Positions 25,001 to 37,544 of a DNA stretch of 39,990 nucleotides are shown here, in pieces. How positions within the stretch are numbered: the first letter of the stretch is position 1; each line of letters starts with the position of its first letter. The stretch covers positions 2,836,608 to 2,876,597 of the forward strand of contig CAJINV010000002.1 in assembly GCA_905178155.1 (NCBI GenBank), read 5' to 3'. The DNA is from Amoebophrya sp. A120 (Eukaryota; Protista; Dinoflagellata). The notes below the pieces were generated by a model, which worked only from the letters and a program-made list of their open reading frames with translations, ran no database searches and was not told where the DNA came from. A program made the translations under genes and the position numbers.

Positions 25001-28000
25001 GGTGGGGACGTTTTTGCATATGATAGTTCTTGTACTTTGGCGAGGCCTTGGATCCGGTCTTGATGGAACTGTACGCGAAGCCGCTGTTGGAGAAACTGGT
25101 ATTATAGGATTTTGGATAAAGATGGTTCTAGATGTGCTTATTGCATGAGAAAATTGTTCTTGAATTCAATTTCCGCATGACAAATTTACTACTGATTGCA
25201 ATATAAGCGTTGTTGAAAAATAAATATTTGTGATGCAAAACAACCAACTCCAACTATTAATCCAGGTCGAGAAGATCAAGTCCTGCGAGCACCGTGGCGT
25301 GATCGAGGAGTGCATCACCTCCATCGCCGTCGTTGCGGGTAGCATTGAGAAGGAGTTTGCTCCGTTCTACGACCACATTATGCCCATGTTGAAACAGTTT
25401 ATCCGCGCGTCCAAGGACGAAAAGGAAACCAGATTACGAGGAAAGGCCTTCGAGTGCATGAGCTTGTTCGGGGTCGCGGTCGGGAAGGACAGATTTAAGG
25501 TATAATAAAGTACATGTATCATGCTCTTTGTGTTGCACAGAAGCATTTTTGCATTATGATATCTTGTTGGGAGCAGGACTTTGCAGCTACCTGTGCTTGT
25601 CTTGCACGACGACGCAGATCCAGATGTGCACTCAAACTAGAAAAATAAAATCACCTAATAAAAAACAACAGAACGACGTGACCGACTGCATGCAGAACAT
25701 GCTGACCCAGGGCGGGCAGTCGAAATCCATGCAGGATAAGAAGAACGCCGATGTTATGCATTGCAAATATGTCTCAGTCTGGAAGGATCCAAACTTGTCA
25801 TGCTGTCTTTGGATTCTATAAAAAATTTGTAATTGCATGACCAGCAAGAGACGCCCAGATTGTGCTACGCGGACGAGAGGGCGTTTGTCATGCGGAATAG
25901 GCATCAGGAACGCTTCCAAAAATCTGTGATGCTAAGTCATGCACTACAGGCATCATGATGGGTCATGCAGAATATGCATGACAAACCTGGCATCAATCTT
26001 CCAGACCCAGACATATTTGCATTTGATAGATGTTCTCACCGACTACCTGAAAGACGCGATCGAGCGTGTCGCGGGCGTGATGGAAGAGGACATGGGCCCC
26101 TTTCTCCAGGTCCTGCTCTTCGGCGGCGGTCACGGCTCGGGTTTGATGCAGGTCTTGGATCTCGCCCACGCGGCCAACCACATGACAGTCACGGACGACG
26201 ACGAGGAGGAGGATGAGATTATTCAACTGCAAAACGGCCAGAAGGTGAAATCCGCCTATTTCAAGGAGATGGCGGACGCGGCGGAGACGGTTTGCTGCTT
26301 GGTCCAGAACAGTAAAAAAGCATTCCTTCCCCACGTCCCGAAAGTCTGCGAGGGTTTGATCAAATTATTCTCCATCGAGGACAAGTCCCTCAGAACATCA
26401 CTCGAGGGCGACGACGTGTTGGCGAAATGCAGTGAAGTGTGGGCGGCGATCACCTCTGTTCTCGCCAGGTCAGACGCAAACATGTGCCAGCAGATGATCA
26501 TGGAGTACTGCAAGTTGAACCTGAAGTGGCTGCAGGACGCTGACGACGCCGAGGAAATTTGCATGCTGGCCAAGGGAGTCGCCGAAGTGCTCTCCTCCGC
26601 CTGCCCAGCGACTTCTCTCCCCGATGATAAGAAGAAGGAATACGGCGACGTGAAACAGTACCTGGACACCACCTACATCCAGCAGATCTACGATTGCTGC
26701 GAGGCCAAGCTCGGCTACTGCTTCCAGGAGCGGGAAAAATCCTTATTGAAGGAGTCCGAGTGGCGTGAGGGTGCGGAGGGGGATGACGTCGAGGGCGAAA
26801 GAAATCAACTCGACGACATGGACGAGCACCACGAGGCCAACGTGGCTCTTTCCCAGATCATCGGCGCGTTGATGCAACTGAACCCACCCTACTACACGGA
26901 GAACATCCTGATGAGAAAAACGGACCCGATGCTGAGAAAATTCTTGGACAAGTCGATTATTAGTAAGAAACTGCAGAAGAAGGACCAGGAGGTGATCATC
27001 AGCAAAAACAAAATCCTCGCGTACTTCATCGCGTGCGATGTGTGTGAACACTTGATGGAATCGGGTACCCAGTCCTGGCCGGCATTCTTGAACAACCTGT
27101 TCGTGGATTTACAGAACGTGGACTATGAGGTCAGACACGCGGCCAGCTACTTCGTCTATCTCGCAGCGAGAATCGCGGGTAGTGACGAATCCTTTGCAAC
27201 CCAGGCGTTAGAGAAATTAGTGCAGGTCTTGAAGGATCCGGCAGAGTACGGAAAGGCCGCACAGAACAAATACGCCAGTGTGGATGATATCAAGGTATAG
27301 ATAGTTTTTGGTTGATTTTTTTATGCAGCTGGATGAGAAAACGAAAGCGCATGACAAATCATTCCGAGCTGTTCTGAATGTGTTTGGGAAACTTGCAATG
27401 CACAATCTACTACATATAACATAAACAACCACCTTCACCTCAGCTCGCGGAAGACAACACGGTGGCTGCCGTTTTTGCCCTCCTGGCCTACTCACCAGCG
27501 TTTATCAAAATGAAAAATCCCCCCTCCCCATACTGAGACGATGATTTGTGTAGCATGATTTGAGACCACAAATCATGTTGTCATGCTAGAACGCAAAAGA
27601 AGCGGACTGTAGTGCTGGGTGGCGTAGGAAAGCATTGCGCCTTCAGCATGACAGCAGGCAAGTGGAAATGGAAAACAGCATGACAAATTGCCTGCAAAGG
27701 AGGGAACAACTGCGTCGCTTGGCCTTCTAGCAATACAAGTCAATTTGTCTACTCAAATACAGCAACACAAATTTTGTTTTCGATATGGGGAGCGAGGGGG
27801 GATTTTTCCTTTTGATAGCGTTGTCCCAGAAACACCAGAGCCTGTGGGAGGAGTGCATCCTGCCGAAACTGCCCTTGAAAATCGACACGGAGGTTGGCCC
27901 GCAGGTGATCATCAAGTTGATTGAGCTTTTCGCCGCGGAACGGGCGGACGTCACCAACAACGGCAACCCGGTCCGGGTCAGCAAGGTGTGCGCGGCGTTT

Positions 28001-28377
28001 GCGGAATCCTTATGAATTGCAAAAGTATGATCGTACTAGTGGAACAAATCGCATGACAAATTCCCTTAGCATGAGAGATAGAATTTGTAATGCGGATTTA
28101 GCTCATGCTCAAAAAGGAGATTTGTAATGCAAAAATAAATACACAAAAAAATTTGTATTGCATATCCTGAACAGCATGCGGATTACTACGACTACGATAC
28201 TTTTGCACTGGATAACCCTACAAGGTCAGCGACAGTGAAGACATGGACAAGAAGATCCGGTTGTTGTTCAGCAAATTTCCCCCGACCTTCTTCGAAACGA
28301 CCCTGAAACAGAACTTTACCGAAACCCAGTGGAAGAAACTGGAAAAATTGATGAAGGACCCCCTGTCGGAGAACTAG
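22074..28377 (+). CDS. IPO5: Importin-5 / karyopherin beta-3 (Pse1/Kap121-like) HEAT-repeat protein, ~1174 aa, 14 exons
   Basis: Exons 22074-22183, 22356-22441, 22744-22785, 22941-23045, 23173-23501, 23749-23969, 24166-24746, 25031-25098, 25266-25499, 25672-25754, 26034-27294, 27444-27502, 27823-28010, 28220-28377 (3525 nt). Motifs DNNARKQAEAAY, AAILLRRLF, WPDLL, ALEFFITLAE, acidic loop, FAPFYDHIMPMLK, LRGKAFECMSLFGVAVGKDRF, AEDNTVAA, LPLKIDTE. IPO5 versus IPO4 assigned by motif recognition only. Confidence 0.85.
22442..22738. mobile_element. Introner, family C, forward, 297 bp
   Basis: TIR tatcctgagtgaaaacgtcccgaccccat / atggggtcgtgggggcgtttttgcacagcata; DR agatt; removal restores KDYAAILLRR. 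Confidence 0.9.
22786..22935. mobile_element. Introner, family B, 150 bp
   Basis: TIR tatcctgtgcaaaagtatcgtactcgta / tactagtacgatgcttttgcattgcata; DR taaga/taaaa. Confidence 0.9.
24747..25025. mobile_element. Introner, family C, forward, 279 bp
   Basis: TIR tatcctctgtaaaaacgtccccactcca / tggggtggggacgtttttgcatatgata; DR gttct. Confidence 0.92.
25755..26028. mobile_element. Introner, family A, forward, 274 bp
   Basis: TIR tatgcattgcaaatatgtctcagtctggaag / cttccagacccagacatatttgcatttgata; DR gatgt. Confidence 0.92.
27503..27817. mobile_element. Introner, singleton with C/G-tract TIR, 315 bp
   Basis: TIR tatcaaaatgaaaaatcccccctccccata / tatggggagcgaggggggatttttccttttgata; DR gcgtt. Confidence 0.9.
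28011..28214. mobile_element. Introner, family B (long variant), 204 bp
   Basis: TIR tatgaattgcaaaagtat / atacttttgcactggata; DR atcct/accct. Confidence 0.88.
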
Positions 28378-29859
28378 GATATGAGGTTCTTGAAGATGTT
28401 CTTTTCAGGAACAAGGAGGTTTTGATGATGTCACGACGTACTGTGATGATGTTGTGAGTTTTTTGAAAAGCAGCATCGGAATCTTTTGTCAATGCACAAC
28501 TTGAACTTACTGTAACCGAATTTAGCGTAAAACAATGAAAAAACAAGAAAAACGACAGATTACCACTTGACTACTTCTACTTGCTTTTTATCGACGATGA
28601 TGAAGAGGTTGGATGATAAAATTGTTCTGGCGGACAAGGCACTTCTACTACTTGTCAATATTAAAGAACTGCGACAATTTCATTCATTCAACATCTCAAC
28701 ACTCAGTAACTTCGTATGTACACTAGAAGAGGAGAAAAATTTCTTGATGCAGCCGATCTGACGTGAAAGAAATTTTGCCTCCCACAAGAACACACTTGGA
28801 AATTCATAAATCAATCACAGCAGCAGAAACTTTTCCTCGCAGAAGTTTTTGCACGGAACAACAAAACTACTATAGAATGCATCAACAGAAGATGAAGATG
28901 GACTTTGCAACTACAGATAACTCGAAGAAAACTAGGCTTCTAAATGAATAGCAGAATCGGAAGATTATTTTGCCATCAGAGCAATGGAAACAACAGCGAA
29001 AGATCAAGATGTACTGTAGATGATACGACAAGGTAGTACAGAAACGGCTCCTTGCAAGAATTCCACGAATTATGCATTGAGATCGTTGGTAGAGCTACTT
29101 ATCTATGCGGAGTCATGCTCTCGGCTCAGTACGTAGCTGATAAAGATAAGACGAGTACTTTGACAACTTCTATACGAAGGTTGTAGTGGTGTAATCCGCC
29201 CGATTCACTACTATTTCCTCGTAGCTGTACTATCAGTATCACAAGAAGGCTGCAACAAGATGAAATCAAAATGTACATAGCAAAGGCTAGATTAAGATTT
29301 GTTTTACAATACAGCAGGTGCCTGTATTGATTGCTTCAACAGTTTCGCGAGCAGGAGAAAAAAGCATACAACAATCTGGTTTTGGTATAGTCGAACCACG
29401 GAACAAAACCTTCGCATGCCAAGAGGTTCACATGCTTGGAGAGGGACAGCTTTTATACCGTAACTCCAAATTTGATGATTTACTACGGAGGTCTCTTTCG
29501 TATCGAAAAAATGATGAAACCGAGCTGCAACGAACTTCGGTGCAGGTGGCTGTGCCGGTGGTCCCGAGTTTCTTTTCGCACGCAAGGCTGTTCTACAGAA
29601 AACTTTCTCGCGCTTTTTTTGGTGTTTTCCTGCAAAGAAATACTCTACAACTAGTACGAAGCGAGAGTACAAGGCCGTGCAGGAGAGTTGGTTGCGAGAG
29701 AATTCGTTGTTACGAAACACAAATGTTCCGTGAGAGTGAACGATATGGAGAAAACAAAAGGGCCGGCATGTTTCATATTCATCTTCATGTGAGGTTTTGT
29801 TTTTGCTTGGAAATACAACAATTACACACAGCAATATGTAGAAGTGTTGGAAAAAATGA

Positions 29860-30560
29860 CCTCCGCCGGCGTCTCTATCGGCAGGCGGTGCGCGCGTGTT
29901 AAGTGCCCGGGCTCGCTCGCGCGCATTAATTTTCCGGGGCGCGGCATGGAGGCTGAACGAGGTCGGCGACAAGTTTCCGCCCCGTCGCTGCTTTCTCGTC
30001 GGGGACAGTTGTCAGAGCCCGCCGGCCATAGGACTCGGGCCAGGGGCGGCCCTTTGTATTTGGGCGGTGCTGAGCCTCGCCGGCGCATTGCCTCCGCAAG
30101 CGGGGCGGCCGCGGGGCCCGCGACTGCTTGGCGCGTTGGGCCGGTCTCTCCTGCAGCGCGGAAGGTTTGATTGTTAGTTATGCAAAACATACCGCCGGCG
30201 ATTTCCGGACATGAAAGCAGCGGCGAAAGTGCCTCGCCCCCTAATTCGGTGGGCCAGATAATGGCCCGCGCCGGCGTTCATTGTTCAGGAGTTTGATCAT
30301 TAGGCCGGCAGGCCTGCGCCCCGCCTCAGTTTCCCGCGCGGGCGGCGCCCCTACCCATTGCCCCGGCGCGCCCAGCGCCCCGCCCTTCCCGTCGGGGCCT
30401 GCTTTTCTTCTTGCCCGCCTCATGTCTGTGTTCGGCGTCGTACGCGAAGCGCTAACGAGGCCGGCCGGGGCAGGCAGCGAGCCGCCCGCCCGGCGCGGCG
30501 TTTTTTCGCCCGGCGCGTGCGCGGGCGCGGGCGGTGCTCGGGGATTCGCCCGTCCTCCCG
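29860..30560. other. GC/CpG-rich intergenic island 4
   Basis: Same composition as islands 1-3; upstream of the UPF0193-like gene; boundaries approximate. Confidence 0.7.
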
Positions 30561-31043
30561 CTGCCCGTTCGATATCGGCCAGAAGTTTATTCCGTAGGCT
30601 TTTCAATTCGCTGCCCAGTGCGCTGGTGCGCATTGCCTTTTACACAGGAGCGACTACCAGACGTAGCGACTGCGGCAGTTCCTTGGACAGATTGGCTGTT
30701 CGCGAGAGAGTGCTACGCCGGAGGCTAACTCGAATTGTTGTTGCGTAGTTGCCCCAGGCGGTCGTCGACCATCATCTTCCACAAATAAGAGCGTTTTTTG
30801 TCCAGAGAGATTTCGCACACAAATTGAGATGGCGGGTGAGCTGCGAGTGCTTTGCGATTACGATTTTTTTTCTGTCTGAGTCTGAGTCGAGTTAGGGGAA
30901 GCAGAAGGACCTCAAAATCGAAAGCAAATGCGTTGGCAGAGCTGTCAAAAATAAGTTGAAGTACCTCACCTGCAGCTGCAGCCGTTTACTTACTTACGTT
31001 AGTGCAACTGGTACAACCAATCCGAAAAAAGAAAAAAAAAACC

Positions 31044-32875
31044 ATGCTCACCGCGAACTTCGTGGAGCCGACCCCGCCGGGGGACAGTTCCACCAAGGCT
31101 TTTTTCCAGCGGCAGATCGACACCTTCGAAAACGACAAAAATCAGTCCGACCAGGATCTTATGCACTGCAAAAGAAGTATCGTACTCGTACTAATCGCGT
31201 TTATGCATTACAAATCTTTATCTTTTTGCTCAGGCAAACGCAAATCCGCATTTACAAATTCAATTTGTAGAAATGCTAAGTCAATTATTTGTAATGCAGT
31301 TTATACTAGTGCGATACTCATACTTTCATAGTGCATAGATCTGACCTCGCTCTGGAAAAATTTCGGATGCGAGACCAAAGCGGGCCGGGCCTTGAGAAGC
31401 TTGTACCATGACAGCAAGTCGCACGCCAAGATCTCGGGGAGGATCAACCGGAATCGCGGCATGGTGAAAACCAGTAGCCAAAGTAAATTCGACAAGGAAA
31501 CGGCTTTGAAAGAAGCAATGTCAATGAGCACGAACAACGGCGTGAAAAAGTGCCCGCAGAGGGACGGGAAGGTATAGATGCTTACTTTGCCAACCATGCT
31601 ATAATCCACTAGATTCTGGCTCTGCATCTTCTACTATTGCTGCGTTTCGTGCATTGGAAATCAAGTCTCAGTCATCTGTCATGCATGGTTTGCATTGGAA
31701 ATCGAGTTTGTCATGCATGGTTTGCATTCATAATTAAACCGAATCTTCATCTCCAGGTCCCGATCCCACGTGTCGGCTTAGACAAGAGGCAAGACGACGA
31801 GGACGACTGGACCACCATAAAGGGCCACAGTGTCATCCGCGGGAAAAAACCGCTGACTCAAATCAAGGCCGAGAACAACGAATTTGTGGAAGTGCAGTCG
31901 AAAGTGGGGGTGAGAAGGGGACGGGATAACGACGCGATGAAAAGGGAGTTGGCGAATAAGTTTCAGTTCGGAACTGCCTACATGTCACCCGCCGAATTGA
32001 AAATGAGGAGGGAAAGAAGGGAAGAGGAGGAACAGGTAGAGGTTGTGTTTTTTTCTGCTGGTGCAGCATCTGCGTGAGGTCTTTGTCATGCGAGAGAAGC
32101 AATGTGACGTATAGGTTTCTGATGCATCTGCATCATGTCTTACAACAAGAACCATAATTGAAACAAAATTATCTCAAACTCCAGCTCTTCGCCATGGAGA
32201 ACGAGAATTTGACGAGGCAGGACGTGGAAATGTACGAGGACTTGAAGCAGGGGATCAAATATCCAGGGAGAAAAAATCACTTTATTCGCCCCTGTAGTTG
32301 GCAAGAACTTTCGTTATTTGTGTTGCTGATACAACAACAGCACGGCATGCACGGCTGTACGTTCATGGTATTAAGCCCGCTTGTGCATTACAAATTGGCT
32401 TCCTGACTAGACAACGAGGGTAGACTGGTATTGTTTCTCCCTCCCATACCCCAGAGCGGCAGATGTCCCTCACCGTGCTAGACCGGCAGTTACAGGACAA
32501 CCCGGAGCTTCTGAAGCCGAAAGAGCGGATTCTGCTCGGCAAGGAAGCGCTGGAATTGGTATGAGAGTGCACAACTCCCCCTCCCCCTCATTTGTCATGC
32601 AAAACCGCAAATCCATTTGCTGCTCTGTGGCACTGGTTGCATGACACATTGATTTGTTCGGAAGGCCAAACAGTAAGTACTACCTTCGGCGGGTGAACTT
32701 GTCATGCACAGGCTTCAGGAGTGCTGGCGTTTGTATTGCTGTCCATGCCATACAAATGAGGGGAAGGGGGGGTTATGCACTCTCATAATTGGACAACCGA
32801 CTGCAGAAGGACCTGCAGGCTCTGCAGAAATTTGAACTGGAGAAGTTTGGGAGAATAAAAACCAGAAATGCATAG
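31044..32875 (+). CDS. UPF0193/EVG1-like coiled-coil protein (tentative), ~295 aa, 6 exons
   Basis: Exons 31044-31159, 31343-31571, 31757-32035, 32185-32259, 32454-32559, 32793-32875 (888 nt, in frame). DNDAMKRELANKFQFG and MYEDLKQGIKERQ resemble UPF0193 motifs from memory; GT-AG introns 31572-31756 and 32036-32184. Confidence 0.6.
31160..31337. mobile_element. Introner, family B variant, 178 bp
   Basis: TIR tatgcactgcaaaagaagtatcgtactcgta / ..tactttcatagtgcata; DR gatct. Confidence 0.88.
32260..32448. mobile_element. Degenerate introner, 189 bp, DR eroded
   Basis: Short TIR tatccagggagaaa / tttctccctcccata; left DR tcaaa versus right cccca; removing 32260-32453 restores GIKERQ. Confidence 0.65.
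32560..32787. mobile_element. Introner, singleton with C/G-tract TIR, 228 bp
   Basis: TIR tatgagagtgcacaactcccccctccccctcatttg / caaatgaggggaagggggggttatgcactctcata; DR attgg. Confidence 0.92.
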
Positions 32876-34051
32876 AAGCGATAAAAGATAGCAAAAAATC
32901 GCGGCCGAGATGCGGTTGTGAGATGACTTGGTGGTCCCAGTACGTGGTGCTTGAAATAATTGAAGCATGATCGCGTGCAAGAACAGTTCTCTGTCGCACA
33001 AGACCAAAGAAAAGCAGAGCTAGACCCCTTTGCGAACCGTGGTTTTTATCGCATTTATTCGAACTGCCTGTTTTATTTGAAACGAACTTTTTTCCCCGAT
33101 GTACTTCTTTTTCGCAAAGTAAAGAATGAAGCAAATTCAAAAAGGGCTGAATATAGATACACAAAGCACAGAACTAGACCGACAAGGTTTTTATGAAATC
33201 GAGAGTTCAATAGTGACAGCGTTGCAAGTGGCTATGAAGAAAGCTCTTGCTACAAAAATTGGAAAGCAAGTCGTCTTGCTTGTACGACCTCCAAAATATT
33301 TCAAGTCGCAATCTGTAATCATGTTCATCGGCGGCCAGAAGATGGTATCCGCTCGAACTTGTACTTTTTCGTATGGACAAAGGGAAAAAGCACTTCACCA
33401 AAGATCTCTCAAAGAACCAAAAAACGCGATCAATCCATTCAGATGAAAGAGCTCGAGCGTGTACTAGCAAAACGGGAAAAAGAAAAACAATAGGGGATGT
33501 ATTTCGTCTAGCACTAGTGAAGCGCACACTGATCAAAGGTGCAAATACGTATGACTCATCTGTGTCATCTGTCCTTTCTGAATCTGAAAAAATTATCACG
33601 TATATCTACTTCGTTCAGCCCATGGTACGTACCGTAGGTCTTTTTTGTGTAGCAGAGACATCAAAAGACAGCAACATACTTTCAACACATTTCGCACCTC
33701 TAGACGACACACGTGGATAGCTTTTACATGATATCAAACATGAAAAAAGGTACTTAGGAAAGATTTTTTGAAGTTGACGACAAATGAATCACGATTACAG
33801 AAGAAGTAGAACGGAATTTGATAGTTTAGTACAGAAGTAGGACCAGTAGAAGTCGGTAAAAGTACTAGTTCCACCTACTCATTGCGACGACCAAAAGCGG
33901 GCCAATACTAGTTTTGGAGTTTGAGTTACAGATAAAGAACCAACTACAACGTTAAGAGCTATAGTTGCGGGACCTACAACAGGCAGTGACGTTGTACTAA
34001 GCTCCTCATCAAGACGAGGACCCACAACTACAAGAAGCATACAAGTCGTAA

Positions 34052-35728
<1,677 letters not shown>

Positions 35729-37544
35729 TGTTGATGATGAACTTCTTCTACAAGTTTTTGGTAGCACAACTTGACTAAGTACAACCGGTTTTTTATCTTG
35801 AAGACGATTTTTTGATTTATCGGAGCAGACGACCACGATTCTGGACTTGATTAACCTGGGAAGATGATGAACTTCTACCACTTCTGTTCATCGACACAAC
35901 GAACTGTACAAGACGCAGAGAAGGAGCTACTACACGACCCCGCGACCCCCCTCCACTGTATCAATTGTTCACCCTCTTCTTAACAAAGCCAAGTTACATC
36001 ACGGGTGCAAAAAAAAACGTTCCATGTTGTACAACTGTATCATGCACGTGAAATAAGAAATGATTGATCCTACTCGTGACGCAGGAGCGCCGGGGTGATT
36101 GTTTCAAGAAATAAAGCAATTCAGAAAATCGCAACAATCCACAGGTACACAACAAACTAGACGACAACTTCGAGATTTTCCGCCCTCAGCCCTCATCTGT
36201 TCTCGCTTGATTAACGACCATAGCGGGTTCGGCTTTCTTTTCCCTCATGACGAAAGAACTGCAGCCACCATCCGAGACAACACCTGCGGAGCGGCACGAG
36301 ATTTTTTGTAAAATGAAGGTCTGGTCGTGGTCCAGGAGTTGCACCACTGTATAACATCCATACAACCTGTATAACTGTACTTGACGGAGATAACGTCGTA
36401 GTTAAGTACACAAGAACCAGCAACCGCGTTCATCGACTTGCAGCCTGCACCACTATTTGTCCTCGACGACGTAAATTCCAGTCGCTTTTCAAAGAAAAAG
36501 TTGGACGATACTAAGGTTGCCGACGAGCTGTTTCGGGAACTTCTAAAAGGCCGAACGAAGTAACGGAATAATGAACAACAGTAAAGAAGATGATGACGAG
36601 CAGCCGGCGCCGGCGGTTTCTTAGTTCCGTCGCGCTCCAGCAAGACTCTGGGCAACTTTCCCGCTCCAGGAAAAAAAAAAATGTAGGCGGGGCAAGAAGT
36701 CGAAAATCATAGTTGTTTGGAACAAGGAGAAAAACAGCAACAAAGGACCTGTGGTTAATGTTGACATAAAAGTTGAAGTTGTTTTGGTCTGTTTTGCTTG
36801 TAACCCAAGTTTATTGTCGCTTTGATGTTGCTCTTGTAGTCGCGCTTGATGCGTGGTGCGAGGACACTAAAATTTTCATCTTCTCGCAACAACATGCTGA
36901 AAACTGTACTGAAAATTTTCACACCTGAAAAATGAGAGTAAAAAAATCAAAGCAAAGAGTCTTTGTTGATCGATAAGGACGGAGCCAGGAGCCGGGTGGC
37001 AAACCATACAACTGGTTCTCTGTGCCGTTTGGCACTAGAAGATGAATGTTGTGCAAAGTATCACGTTGTTCACCTTCACTTTGTACTACCTGAACCTGCT
37101 TTTGATGCCGGTGTTTCCCTACGCTGTCGGATGAAGTCAGTACACGGAAATATGTGCTGCTCGCTCCAGGTAGAAGATCTTTTACACGTGATGTCGATCC
37201 ATCGATCCAATTTGATCTATTTGTCGGAGGGCTTGACACATAGTTTTTTAGCACTTTTTGCAATTCCTATTTCCTCTCCACGCTTACTCGTCTTGCATCT
37301 GTTCATAGAGTTGCAGCCGAAAGCGCGATAACAACCGTCTTGCGGCCATAGCCATTGTTATTCGATCATACAGCAATGAGTGAGCAATGAGTCCTTCTCT
37401 TTTTCATGTATCATAGCCATCATGGCAGAACCAGAAGTATTTAGCATTAGACCTTCCATTTCATTAGATTTAGAAAGTTACAAACGAACAAATTCTGCGC
37501 TACTCTGAAGTCATCAACGCCCGGAAAGAGAAAAGGCCAAAAAT

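Noticed and set aside
28400-29860. Short ORFs between IPO5 and island 4 (also 5608-6064, 32960-33720, 36099-37331)
   Set aside because: No recognisable motifs, no splice-consistent extension and intergenic-like composition; small genes or ncRNAs cannot be fully excluded.
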